Notes: generated from the letters alone by a model not told the origin. A stretch of DNA of 63,267 nt, filler included, from Octopus bimaculoides (GCF_001194135.2; 5 parts of 5 records of this genome joined end to end with filler, not necessarily neighbours in it), one strand, 5' to 3'; counted from the whole stretch's first letter, positions 26,545 to 38,483 are shown. Program-made: numbers and translations.

Positions 26545-28389
26545 GTTATTTCTATATTAGTAAATAGTGAAATGAATGTTCACTGTAGCTACACAGTAGT
26601 GAAAACAGTGTTGGAATTTCACTTTGATGCTTTCATTGCCTTTCTTTTAATTAATTTTGAAAATAATGAATTCTATTAAATAACTGTGTCCTTATTTAAC
26701 TGGACATTTGGAACTTAAATTAACTTGGAATTTTGATGGAAGGTTTTAATTTAGATCACTTTGAATCAGAAAGTTTGTATCATAGGAATGGTCTCTGGTA
26801 GATTGGCATTGAAGGGTCAAAACATGAAGTTTTTTTTTTCTCATAATACTAGGGGCAGTGTTAGGTGGGTTTTCATTAACCTTTTAGCATTTAACTTGGA
26901 TATATTAGGGCCAAAATATTCTATGTGTTTTATGTTCAAACTGGCCAAATCCAGCATCCCCTCACCTTCTCTACAATGTCATTCTAAAAACAAACAATCA
27001 CATCATTGCAGTCTGGAATCTGAAATAATGCATGATTAATTAAAAACAATGGGAATAAATACATTTGGCAGAGTAATTCTGAATGCTAAAAGGTGAAAAT
27101 GGCTAACTCTAGGTTCTTGCAAAGATAAAATCTTTGTTTAAGCTTTTGTAAGCATATTTCATCATCATCATCATCATCATTTAACGTTTGCGTTCCATAT
27201 TAGCATGGGTGGGATGGTACCACAAGAGCCAGCCAGGATTTTTACAACTGGATTCCCTTCCTAACGCCAACCACTCTGTTGTAATATGCTGCCTTTGTTG
27301 TAATTAATTTTGAAAATAATAATTTAGTAAAATAACTCTGCCATTATGAAGCTACTGTTTGGGTCATAAATTAACATGGTATTTTGATGGAAAGTTTTAA
27401 TTTAAATCGCAAAGTGAAAGCAGTGTTGTGATCCTTATGTCTGTCTGTCTCTTTTTATTTTAAGTCAATGTCGGAGAAGATTGTCCTGTATTTGATGGCA
27501 TGTATGAGTTCTGTCAGCTGTCCACTGGTGGATCTGTTGGTAAGTTCACACATTTCTCTCTGCTCTTCGTTTATCTCTCTCTTGCTTGCCTATACATATT
27601 GTTGAATATTTCCTTTCCCAGAATTGGTGGCTTTGACTTTCAGGTAAATCTTAAAACAAAACTGCTATGGAATTGTCTAAGTCAAAGACCCCACAGATAC
27701 ATTGCCGGATTCAAAACTTGATTTAAAAAAAACTATTTTTTTAACTACTCTTTAGGATAAGTAGTTGTTTCTAAATGCCTAAATTCTTTCAGCAGACTGG
27801 ACTTGGCTAATGATGCCCAAGAACGAGGTGGTGGTGTTAAACTGGGTGGGAACAGAGTAGACTCTGCTAATAATACCCAAGGACGAGGTGGTGGTGTTGA
27901 ACTGGGTGACAAGTGAATTCTCTGGATTTGAAGATTCTGTAGGGTAAATGTTTAAGTCTGTTTCTCAATGTTTCTCCCCTGTTGTATTTGAACCTGTGTA
28001 CTGTTTTGTTTTGCAGCGGGTGCAGTCAAACTGAACAAACAAGCTGCAGATATTGCAGTCAACTGGGCAGGAGGTTTGCATCATGCGAAAAAATCTGAAG
28101 CATCTGGTTTCTGTTATGTGAATGATATCGTCCTGGCCATCCTGGAGTTGCTGAAGTAAGTAGCACTTTGTATATTGTCTGTCTTTGAGTGTGAGTGGAG
28201 AAGTTGGTTTAATCAGAGATTGAGGGGCAGGGGGGAATTCTTTGGTTTGATGGAGAAAGAGAGTCTTGTTTATGTTCCCATAACTTAGCAGTTCAGCAAA
28301 AGTGTTTGATAAAACGAGTACCATTTGACTAAATTTCTTCCCGATTGTGTCCCAGCATGATCATAGTCTAATGACTGAAACAAATAAAA

Positions 28390-28429
<40 letters not shown>

Positions 28430-31400
28430 TATACTTGTAATCAGGAGTGTAGCTTGGGTGGGGCAAGCAGGGCACTTGCCCTGGGTGCCACTTTGAGTGG
28501 GGCACAATTTTGGCCAAGATCATTTTCTAATTAAGCCATTAAAAAAATTTTTTTTATCTTTTCATCTATGCCACTCAACATTTTTCTATGCGAGTTTCCA
28601 CACCCCTAGATATTTTTTTGTGAGTTTCCACTTTTTGGTGGGGTGGGGGGCGCAATTTTGATGCTTGCCCTGGGCGCCATTTATTTTAGCTACGCCCCTG
28701 CTTGTACTACAGTATTGTTGTCCTCTAGGTGTCACCAGAGTTTTGTGTGATTCAGTATCTGTGTTGTTGCTGCTGCTGCTGCTATATTGATGTTGTTGTT
28801 ATGTTGCAGGTATCACCAGAGAGTTCTGTACGCTGATATTGACATTCATCACGGCGACGGTGTTGAAGAGGCTTTTTACACCACAGACAGAGTGATGACT
28901 GTGTCTTTCCATAAATATGGAGAGTACTTCCCTGGAACTGGAGACCTCCGCGTATGTTGTCCTAGCAATGCCTTGCTTTATTTATCTCTTGTTTATTTAA
29001 GGTGGCGAGCTGACATGAACAGTTATCATGCCAGACGAAATGCCTAGTGGAATTTTGTCTATCATTACGTTCTGAGTTCAAATTCTGCTGTGGTCAACTT
29101 TACCTTTCGTCCTTTCAAGGTTGATAAAATAGGTACCAGTTGATCACTGAGATTGGTGTAATTGACTTTCTCCCTCCACTAGCATTGCAGGTCATGTGCC
29201 AAAATTTGAAACCATCATTTCATGTTTAAGGCCGTACGCTGGCTGAATTGTTAGCATGCTGAATGAAATGCTTGGTGTTTTGTCTTTACATTTTGAGTTC
29301 AGATTCTGTTGTGGTCAACTTTGCCTTTCATCCATTTGAAGTTGATAAAAAATAAGTAGCACTCAAGTACTGGGGTGGAATCAGTGTAATTTATATTTCA
29401 GAATTCTTGTCTGGTACCGGATCAATCCCAAAATCTAATCAGTTCTTGGCAGTCATGAGGCAAAACAACCCTGAAAGTTTCATTGGAATCTATCCAGCAG
29501 TTCTTGAGATATCTTGTTCATGAACAAATAAACTAACACAATTGAAATCAATATCTCTGCCTTCGCTAAGGTGGAGCTAATAAACAAGCATTATGCTCAA
29601 CAGAATAATCTGATTGCTAAGGGGTTACTCCTAATCTCGTGTTGATTCCAATCTGACTCCTATGCCCACCTCCAACTAATTCTGGAGTGTTCAATGTGTC
29701 TGTCTGTTTGTCTCTTGCAGGACATTGGTGCTGGTAAAGGTAAATATTACGCAGTGAACTTCCCACTTCGAGACGGTATCGATGATGAGTCCTACGAATC
29801 TATTTTTAAACCTGTAAGTACCCCTTTTTCTTTCAACTGATTCATTTCCTATTATCACCCCCACCCACCCACAATGTTTAACCCTTATGTATTTACACTG
29901 GCCATATCTAATCCAAATATTCTACCTGTTTTGTGTTTGAACCAGCTAGATTCTGCAAGCATCAAACATGAATGTTAAATTATGAATTGTGTGTGTGTGT
30001 GTGTGCATATTTCTATGTAGAGGCAATTATGCTGATAAGCAAATTAGATTAAATACAATATAGTTTGGGCATGAATCACAAAATTTGTATAGATGTATAT
30101 ATGTATATATTTGTATATATGTATAGATGAAAAACGAGAGAAAGCAAAAGATGGGGGCTTTCAAACGATGAATATTTAAGTACAAATAAATAGATATTTA
30201 TATTAATAGATCCAACTTACACAGTACAAATGACAGAGAAAGTTGAAGAGGTGGAAGAAAGGTGTTATAAGTCCAACAGCTGTTTCTGGGGGCTTTTCTG
30301 TATGTATATTGCATATAAAGTGCTGAATGAATTCTGTTTGTATTATTTCAGGTTATCAATAAAGTAATGGAGATGTACCAACCAAGTGCCATTGTGTTGC
30401 AATGTGGGGCAGATTCTTTGTCAGGAGATCGTCTGGGTTGTTTTAACCTCACCTTAAAAGGTAAGCAGTTTGGAATAGCCTTACAAAGGTGGAGGGGCAC
30501 AAAGTCTGTGAGGTATAGGTCTGATAATGCCTGACAGAGATTGACACTTCTGGACAAAGACTCAAAAGTGTATGTGTGGGTGTTTCTTAAGGCATGTGGC
30601 CCTGTGGTTAGAGTATTGAACATAGGTTCATAAGGTTTATGAGTTCATTTCCTAGACTGGGCAGTGTGTTGCATCCTTGAGCAATTGGCATCGTCTTGAC
30701 ATTGAACTTCACCTGATGGTGCTTTTTCAGGGCGTGCTGATATTGAATGCTTCCATTGACTTGATTGCTGCTTCATTTCCAGGTCATAGCTGTAGCACCG
30801 GCTTTTGTCACCAGTGATGACCTTTGGAAAAAGGTTTGGATTAGCTTCCAACTGTTTTTTCAGTTCATGACATGCTTTCAGTTGTGACTGCTTTTGATCT
30901 TCTGTGGTTGTTGAGTGGTGGTATATTACAAGATGTATCTGTGGATTCCATATAGTGTTTGTAGAAAACAGTGATTCTTATCTGGGGTTGGTCTGGACCC
31001 TTTGGGTTCCATACAAGATTTTGTTGAAAATTATCTGCAATAAATTGGTTAAACTTCTACAATACACAAAATATTACAACAATTTTTAATTACAAAAATA
31101 TAAATAGGATATTTTTGAACATTTAATTTTTTTTATCAGGGTCCGCCTGAGTTAAACAGGAATCAAAGAGGTCCATAGATTAAAAATAGTTTGAGAATCA
31201 CTGGTAGAAAGGATATGTGTGTGTATGGTTTGAGAATCACTGGTAGAAAGGATATGTGTGTGTGTATAGATATGAAGGTGTTCCTGTGTGCATAACATGT
31301 AGTGTAGGTCTCATTGTTAGCTAATCATACACAGCCATGTCTCATCTGTTTCTCTTTCTTCTCTGTTTCTCTTTCTTCTCTATTTCTCTTTCTTCTCTAT

Positions 31401-33220
31401 TTCTCTTTCTTCTCTATTTCTCTTTCTTCTCTATTTCTTTTTCTTCTCTATTTCTCTTTCTTCTCTATTTCTCTCATCTCTTTCATTATTTTCTCCTCTA
31501 TTTTCCCAGGTCATGGTAAATGCGTGGAATTTATGAAGCAGTGGAATTTACCGTTGTTAATGTTGGGTGGTGGTGGCTACACCATCCGGAACGTTGCTCG
31601 GTGTTGGACTCATGAGACTTCTATTGCACTTAACTGTGAAATTGCCAATGGTAAACAGGCTTGCCTTGTCATTATCATTACTTATTACTTTTCATTGTTA
31701 ACACATCTGTAATAATTGACAGCAGTGGGAGCCATGGAAATTCCATGGTGTATGTCAGCATATTTGAATATCTACTTCCACTTCTGCCAATGTATGTATC
31801 TGTCTATTTACATATTGCTGCTAAGGATTTGAAGCTAATAACTGGAGGGGGTGGAGGGAGAAAAAAAAAAGGTAAAAATGAATGATAATGGTGTCCCAGC
31901 ATGGCCACAGCATTTGGTCTGGGACCTGTAAATATTCTTCATGTTAATTCAAATAATTTTGGGAAGAAAGAAATGAATTTACCTGACAATGCACTATATG
32001 TATCTCTCTTTCTCTCTTACACACAGTTACCATGCAATTCCCTCAAAACCCCTAATTCTACCAGTGGCATGAACATGTTAACCACTGCATGTACCCTTGG
32101 TGGTTCATTGCAAACTTCGCACAGCTGCCGTATTGCATTACTGGTGGTACATTTTCTTAATTTGAGAAAATATTTTATTCTGTAACTTTTGACATGGCTT
32201 CAAGGATATTTAACCCTTCAGCTTTCAAACTGGCCATGTTCGGTCCAGAATGTTCTACCTGTTCAAACTGACCAGATCTGGCCTCTCACGCATACTGGAC
32301 AATGTCATTCAAATCATAAACAGTTGCATCATCAAAATCTCAAAGCTTAGAAATAATACATGATAAATTCAAAACAAAGTGAATAAATAAGCATTACATT
32401 TGACAGAAGAATAATAATCATCATCATCATTTAATGTCCACCTTTCATGCTGGCATGGGTTGGACAATTTAACGGGAGCCTGTTTTGGCAGGGTTTTTAT
32501 AGCTGGATGCCGTTCCTAACACCAACCACCCAACAGTGTGGACAGAGTACTTTTTATGTGACGCCAGCATAGGCGAGGTCAGTTTTGGCATGGTTTTTAC
32601 AGCTGGATTCTCCTAATGCCAACCACTTTACAGTGTGGACTGGATGCTTTATAAGTGGCACCAACACTGGCAAGATCACCAAGTAACTTGCCAGACGAAA
32701 ATTCTTTTAGTGGGGAGGGGAACTTGGAGGACGTGATCTTGTGTCAGATGATGAAAAGTTAGAGTGAGACAGAGAAACAGAAACAGGTGTCTTGCTGTAG
32801 AGGAGGTACATTGGTTACCTGGACAGAGGGATAATGCTAAAGGGTTAAATAATGTGAGTGCTAAATATTGACGTCTAACCCTTTAACATTTAAACTGGCC
32901 ATATCTGGCCAAAATGTTCTACTTGGCCATATCCAGCTTCTGACACCGAACCTATATCATTCTTAAAAATAAACAATCACATCATCGAACTCTTAAAGCT
33001 ACAAGATAACACCTGTTTAATTCACAACAATGTGAATAAATAAGCTTTACATTTGACAGAATAATTTGAATGCTAACTGGTTAATTTCAAAATGAAAAAA
33101 ATGCCCTCCCCACCAAATTACATCTCTTTCTAATTAAACAGCATGCAGTGTGACCGGAAGTACGTGGTGTTACTGGTAAAGTCCAGTAAGAGGCCGTAGT
33201 AGTTAACATGTTAATATATG

Positions 33221-33272
<52 letters not shown>

Positions 33273-34890
33273 CATATATGTATATATATCTGTTTCTCTT
33301 TCACAGAGTTACCATACAACGATTATTTTGAGTATTATGGCCCTGATTTCAAACTCCATATCAGCCCTTCCAATATGGCCAACCAGAATACAGCTGAATA
33401 TCTGGAGAAGATAAAGTAAGTTCCTCTTTCTATCTCTCTCTTTCACACACACACACACACACTCTTTCTCTCTCACTCTCTCTTTCTTTCTCCCCTCTCT
33501 CTCTATATGTTCTTTTATTTCCTTCATTTTTGTGTCCTGTGTTTTTCCCTCCCCCATTCTTGCATCGGTTAGATGAATATATTATGGAGGCATTGTTGTA
33601 CAGCAGGAAGCTCTTCCTATCACCAACCCCTACTTGCTTTCCTGGTAAAGGGATCTCTTATTCTGTCTTGGCACAAAGTCAGCAGATGATTTGTTGTTCT
33701 GAAAATACTGGCAAGTCAAATTGTGGGTGCAATGTGTATGTTGTCTTTGATGATATCCCTGTAGTGTTAATGTTTTATATTTTCTTTCTAACTTCAGATC
33801 ACGCTTATATGAAAACTTGAGAATGCTCCCCCATGCCCCTGGAGTCCAAATGCAAGGTAAGACAGACAAATACAATAATGACACAATAACATTGTGTTTT
33901 GTTGTGATTGGGCACCACAGTGCTTGAGTGTGAGTCTATATGAGTGAAGGTGTAACTGGTGCCAAATTGCTATAAAAAAGACTTGACTAAGAGTTTTGTG
34001 TGTGCCGTTTATCAAGTATTTATATGAGGGAGTGCTGAAATGTTCCTGGCTTTGGTTAAAAGAAAATACAGGAGGATCAGTTAATTATGATTTGATTCAA
34101 CATATTCCCCTCTCAGATTCACAAACTTATTGCAGCGGTTCTTCAGTTTTTCTAAGCCCTGTAAAAGAGCCTGGAAGTTTGTGTCTCTAACCAGGCCTTT
34201 CACGACACTCTTAAAGTCAGGAACTTTTAACACTCCTTGTGTGTTTTGTGTCTTGACATTGCATGAAAGTTGTAAATGAGCATCACTGTCATACAAGCAG
34301 TGTCATTCGTCTCAAATATTCCGCCTGGCATCCAACCATAGAAGATCTGCTTCACTAAACTTGTTTGACCGATGATGCAAGCATGGAAAGCAAAACACAA
34401 AAAAAATTATGATAGATTTATATATATATATATATATATTTATTTATGTATGTTTGTGTGTGTGTTTTTTTTCTGTTATTCAGCAATTCCAGATGATGCT
34501 GTTAACGAAGACAGTGATGATGAAGACAAAGAAAATCCTGATGAGAGAATTTCTAGTGAGTATCATTTTCCACCTCCACCTTTCCACCCCATCTTTACTT
34601 CCACCACCCTTTGCAGTGTTTTTATATTTTCTTCCCTTTACTTGCCCCCCCCCCCAGGTTTTTCTTGTATTTTCATTTTCACTTCTAACATCCCTTCTGT
34701 TCCAATTTTGATTTTTATGATTCCCAAGAACTCCATGGGTTTCTGTTATTTAGAATTCCTTGTCTTTCTACTCTCAATGAACTTCCCCCACTCTCTCTCT
34801 CTCTTTCTACTTTCCTCTCTATTTCCCTCACTCTCTCCCTCCTGTCTTTCTCCACCTCTCTTTTTCCTTCACTCTCCCTCCCTTCATCCC

Positions 34891-34934
<44 letters not shown>

Positions 34935-36968
34935 GTTTGGTACTGTGTCAGTTACGAGTGTTTCAGTTGATCCAATCAATGAAATTAACGTGCTAGTTAG
35001 TGGATGAGCATTCTACAGACACATGTAACCCTTAATGTAGTCCTCAGAGGTGCAGCGTGACACATTGAGTGTGACAAAGCTGGCCCTTTGAACTACAGGT
35101 ACAACTCTCTTTTTTGCTAGTTGAGAGGACTGAAGCAACATGACATAAAGTGTTTTGCTCAAGGATGCAACATGCCACTGGGAATCGAAACCACAGCCTT
35201 ACAATCCTGAGCCAAATACACTAACCACTAAGCCACATTCCTTCACCTCTCTGTCTGTCACTCTCTCTTTATACCTCTCTTTCTCTCATCTATGCTTCTT
35301 TAATGTCACATTATCTAATCCAAGATTTGCCAGATTTTCTGCCTCTTGAACCCTGCTGTTAATTAAAACATTGTCTCTAGATCCTTTAAATGCCCCTAAT
35401 TAAAACATTGTCTCTAGATCCTTTAAATCTGCCCTTAATTTAAACATTGTCTCTAGATCCTTTAAACCTGCCCTTAATTTAAACATTGTCTCTAGGTCCT
35501 TTAAATCTGCCCTTAATTAAAACATTGTCTCTAGGTCATTTAAACCTGCCCTTAATTAAAACATTGTCTCTAGATCCTTTAAATGCCCCTAATTAAAACA
35601 TTGTCTCTAGGTCCTTTATACCAGTGGTTGTCATTTTTATCTGTGGACCCCTTTGTTTACTATTTTATTTCAGTGGCTCCCACCCCTGGCCATTTTGATG
35701 TTTAAAAAAGTAATTTGATAGATACTTCTTTCAGAATTCCTATTTTGTTATTCACACATTGACTTGTATAGGTTGAACTATGTTAAAATGTCAAGAGACA
35801 GAAACCCAGCCGTTTCATGCAATACATACATTTAAATCAAAACATTTCATGGACCCTTTAAATATTGCTGTGGATCTCCAATTTACTATTTTGCTAGTGT
35901 GGCCCTCTAAAAATCTTATATGGACCCTGGTTGAGAACCACTGCTTTAAATTCAATATTTCTTCCTAGGAAATATCCCTTTTTTCTGCTCAACTCCTCAA
36001 ATGTCTGCTGCACAAGTCTTTGTGTATCTTTAAAGGGAGATAAATCCGTTTGTCAATTATTGCCAACTGATATCAAATGCCACAGTATCACAGCGCTGTT
36101 GTCATGGCTGGAGGGTCTCAGACGTCAAAGTTCATGAGGTTATTATTTGACAGAAAAATCGAGGTTCCTAAAAAAAATATCAATGAGGCTTGATTTGCAA
36201 TCCTGTTGGTTTCAGGTTCAGTCCCACAGCCTGACACTTTGAGCAAGTGTCTCTTCTACTACAACCATGGGCCATCCAATGCTTTGTGAGTGGATGGATT
36301 TGATAGACAGAAACTGAAATAAATCTGTCGTGTGTGTGTGTCGGCCTGGGTCCACTAATAGGGTTTAATTGGCCTGGAGCAATTTGCCAAAGAGGCCATG
36401 CAGTGAGATTTGACAGCTATTTTTAGCAGAGTTAGTGACCATTAGTTTGGTCCCTTATTAGCTTGACTGTCTGGAATGACAGTGGAGGGGGATGAAAGGA
36501 AGACTAAGTGGTAATGAGGTCAGATGCAAGAAGCTAAAGGATACGGGATTGAGATGACTATATGTATGTTGTGCTGCAGACCTGTCAAACCTACACTAGG
36601 ATAGGACAAATGAAGCGATGCTCTCAAATGTAACCAAAGGACTCTTTTGCTCAATTATCAGCTATCGCTGTTAGAGGGTGTTGATTGGCTGAGTTGATAA
36701 GAGATGGGGGACTGGACAAGTTTTGTGGTTTAAGGCTGAAATATTTGATGTTGGTTCATTTGTTTTTAGTTTGGTCATTGTGTTTTATGTTTCTAATGTT
36801 TTCTTTCTTGTCTTTCTGTCCCACCATAAATAGTAAGGGCAAGTGACAAAAGGATCGTGAGGGACGAAGAATTATCTGATAGCGAAGATGAAGGTGAAGG
36901 AAGACGAGACCGAATGAACTACAAGCCAAAAGCCAAGCGTCCTCGTACGGATGAAGAGAGGAAAGAAG
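24652..36968 (+). CDS. HDAC1: Class I histone deacetylase HDAC1/2 (Rpd3 orthologue); 12 spliced coding exons, 435 codons; first exon and C-terminal exon(s) not found
   Basis: Hand-spliced GT-AG exons give one open frame with [80 protein letters not shown] and the acidic tail SDSEDEGEG. Exon sizes 113/118/75/139/142/93/109/141/109 match the vertebrate HDAC1 structure as I recall it. Confidence 0.97.
25626..25836 (-). mobile_element. piggyBac-like MITE, opposite orientation
   Basis: ttaaccttttagcatt ... cactaaagggttaa. Confidence 0.85.
26135..26252 (+). CDS. HDAC1: HDAC1 exon 3 ([18 protein letters not shown]...QMQR)
   Basis: tttcag / gtaagt, 118 nt. Confidence 0.96.
26876..27096 (-). mobile_element. 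piggyBac-like MITE
   Basis: ttaaccttttagcattt ... gaatgctaaaaggtg. Confidence 0.75.
27465..27539 (+). CDS. HDAC1: HDAC1 exon 4 ([25 protein letters not shown])
   Basis: tttaag / gtaagt, 75 nt. Confidence 0.96.
28017..28155 (+). CDS. HDAC1: HDAC1 exon 5 (AGAVKLNKQ...[29 protein letters not shown])
   Basis: ttgcag / gtaagt, 139 nt; catalytic His-His pair. Confidence 0.97.
28442..28700. mobile_element. hAT-type MITE with 8-bp TSD
   Basis: TIRs caggagtgtagct / agctacgcccctg; flanks cttgtaat / cttgtact (7/8). Confidence 0.85.
28810..28951 (+). CDS. HDAC1: HDAC1 exon 6 ([23 protein letters not shown]...FPGTGDLR)
   Basis: ttgcag / gtatgt, 142 nt; Zn-ligand Asp and His. Confidence 0.97.
29721..29813 (+). 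CDS. HDAC1: HDAC1 exon 7 ([31 protein letters not shown])
   Basis: ttgcag / gtaagt, 93 nt. Confidence 0.96.
30352..30460 (+). CDS. HDAC1: HDAC1 exon 8 ([36 protein letters not shown])
   Basis: tttcag / gtaagc, 109 nt; Zn-ligand Asp. Confidence 0.96.
30684..30905 (-). mobile_element. Mariner transposase fragment in HDAC1 intron 8
   Basis: [42 protein letters not shown], matching the ITGDETW/YDPETKQQSSQW region. Confidence 0.85.
30969..31203. mobile_element. hAT/Charlie-type MITE with 8-bp TSD
   Basis: TIRs cagtgattct / agaatcactg; flanks gtagaaaa / gtagaaag (7/8). Confidence 0.85.
31347..31480. repeat. 17-bp pyrimidine minisatellite (tatttctctttcttctc) x ~8, directly upstream of HDAC1 exon 9
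   Basis: Period 17 (units at 31381, 31398, 31415...). Confidence 0.9.
31510..31650 (+). CDS. HDAC1: HDAC1 exon 9 ([47 protein letters not shown])
   Basis: cccag / gtaaac, 141 nt; catalytic Tyr in GGGGY. Confidence 0.96.
32210..32848 (-). mobile_element. piggyBac-like MITE split by a nested SINE/RTE insertion
   Basis: Left part 32210-32415, right terminus ataatgctaaagggttaa at 32831-32848, with a (CAT)n-headed repeat in between. Confidence 0.75.
32875..33084 (-). mobile_element. piggyBac-like MITE
   Basis: ctaaccctttaacatt ... gaatgctaactggttaa. Confidence 0.8.
33307..33415 (+). CDS. HDAC1: HDAC1 exon 10 ([37 protein letters not shown])
   Basis: tcacag / gtaagt, 109 nt. Confidence 0.96.
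33798..33856 (+). CDS. HDAC1: HDAC1 exon 11 ([19 protein letters not shown])
   Basis: cttcag / gtaaga, 59 nt. Confidence 0.94.
34023..34240 (+). mobile_element. Mariner-type MITE
   Basis: TA-flanked TIRs tgagggagtgctgaaatgttcctgg ... caggaacttttaacactccttg. Confidence 0.75.
34484..34555 (+). CDS. HDAC1: HDAC1 exon 12 ([24 protein letters not shown])
   Basis: attcag / gtgagt, 72 nt. Confidence 0.93.
35360..35617. repeat. Minisatellite, ~7 copies of a 37-39-bp unit (taattaaaacattgtctctagatcctttaaa(tc)tgccct)
   Basis: Direct reading of the tandem units. Confidence 0.92.
35622..35943. mobile_element. hAT/Charlie-type MITE
   Basis: TIRs cagtggttgtc / gagaaccactg; flanks ctttatac / ctttaaat (6/8). 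Confidence 0.8.
36834..36968 (+). CDS. HDAC1: HDAC1 exon 13 ([45 protein letters not shown])
   Basis: aaatag / gtaaat, 135 nt; no stop codon, so at least one more exon is missing (contig ends at 37633). Confidence 0.9.
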
Positions 36969-36986
36969 GTAAATATTGTTGTGGGC

Positions 36987-37027
<41 letters not shown>

Positions 37028-37248
37028 TACGAGGGCATGCCGAAAAGTTCCTGGCTTTAGGCAAAGGAAAATACAGAAAAGATCAGTTAATTATGATTTT
37101 ATCCATCCTATTTCCCTCTTCAGATTTGCACACTTATTGTAGTGGTCCTTTTTTTCCTAAGCCCTGTAAAAGAACTCGGAAGGTTGGGCCTCCACTTAGG
37201 CCTTTCACAACACCCTAAAAACCAGGAACTTTTCAATTCCCCCTCATA
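37028..37248 (+). mobile_element. Mariner-type MITE (same family as 34023)
   Basis: tacgagggcatgccgaaaagttcctgg ... ccaggaacttttcaattccccctcata. Confidence 0.8.
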
Positions 37249-37386
37249 TATACATCTCGGAAATTGAAAGGAACCTGTCATGTATGTGTATATATTGTAT
37301 TGCGTGTGAAGGCACATGGTTTAGTTGTTAGGTTATTTGGTTCACGATTGTGAGGCTGTGACTTCAGTACATGGCAGCAAGTTGTG

Positions 37387-37387
<1 letters not shown>

Positions 37388-37421
<34 letters not shown>

Positions 37422-37633
37422 GTTTAACGTCCGCTTTCCATGCTAGCATGGGTTGGACGATTTGACTGAGGACTGGTGAAACTGGATGGCAACACCAGGC
37501 TCCAATCTAATTTGGCAGAGTTTCTACAGCTGGATGCCCTTCCTAACGCCAACCACTCAGAGAGTGCAGTGGGTGCTTTTACGTGTCACCCGCACGAAAA
37601 CGGCCACGCTCGAAATGGTGTCTTTTATGTGCC
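37388..37633 (+). mobile_element. Repeat family B ((CAT)n-tailed; gctggatgcccttcctaacgccaaccact core)
   Basis: Related copies near 3040(-), 6999, 10650(-), 11590(-), 14600(-), 16990, 25195, 27165 and 32420; probably the 3' end of a SINE or LINE lying on the opposite strand. Confidence 0.8.
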
Positions 37634-37733
37634 NNNNNNNNNNNNNNNNNNNNNNNNNNNNNNNNNNNNNNNNNNNNTTAATTAATTAANNNNNNNNNNN
37701 NNNNNNNNNNNNNNNNNNNNNNNNNNNNNNNNN
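37634..37733. other. Artificial assembly join
   Basis: Same 100-nt linker; truncates the HDAC1 3' end. Confidence 0.95.
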
Positions 37734-37898
37734 GCCAACAACAGTTATTGTTATTACTATTGGACGCGTTCAAACAGTTTAAATCATGAAATGCAGTCTT
37801 CTGAGGAGTGCAAGTCGGTCACCGATTTAATTCCACTGCAGGTACCTGTATATCCCTAAGAAACGAGATGTTTTGCCCAAGGGTAGAGCGTCCTACGC

Positions 37899-38125
37899 GG
37901 CGAGCTGGCAGAAACGTTAGCACGCCGGGCGAAATGCTTAGCGGTATTTCGTCTGCCGTTATGTTCTGAGTTCAAATTCCGCCGAGGTCGACTTTGCCTT
38001 TCATCCATTCGGGGTCGATAAATTAAGTACCAGTTACGTGCTGGGGTCGATCTAATCGACTTAATCCATTTGTGTTCCGTGTTTGTCTCCTCTATGTTTA
38101 GCCTCTTGTGGGCAATAAAGAAATA
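37899..38125 (+). mobile_element. Young tRNA-type SINE (family C) with a perfect 14-bp TSD
   Basis: agagcgtcctacgc at 37885-37898 and 38126-38139; A/B-box-like head (ggcagaaacgttagc; gagttcaaattcc). Decayed relatives near 10330, 13770(-), 23145, 29040, 29230 and 60888. Confidence 0.9.
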
Positions 38126-38416
38126 AGAGCGTCCTACGCATTACCAAAATCATGATCGAAATTGCACCTGAACAACTAATGAACGCATCTTCGTTCGTAA
38201 TTACATTATACAACAAAACTCCATTCTGCTCTGTTTCGTGCACTTGGAAATAAATGTTAGTTCACTCTTTGTTTTATATGCTTCTTCATTTTATTTGTTT
38301 ATGGATAGATTTTGTGTGTTCGGCAAAACGGAGAGATAGAATAAGTCCTGGAGTCGACTTGCTCGACTACAGGTGGTGCTCCAGTATGCCCGCAGTCAAA
38401 TGACTGAAAGAAGTAA

Positions 38417-38483
<67 letters not shown>

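Noticed and set aside
35360-35617. Tandem array as a CRISPR-like locus
   Set aside because: Head-to-tail units with no unique spacers, in a eukaryotic intron: an ordinary minisatellite
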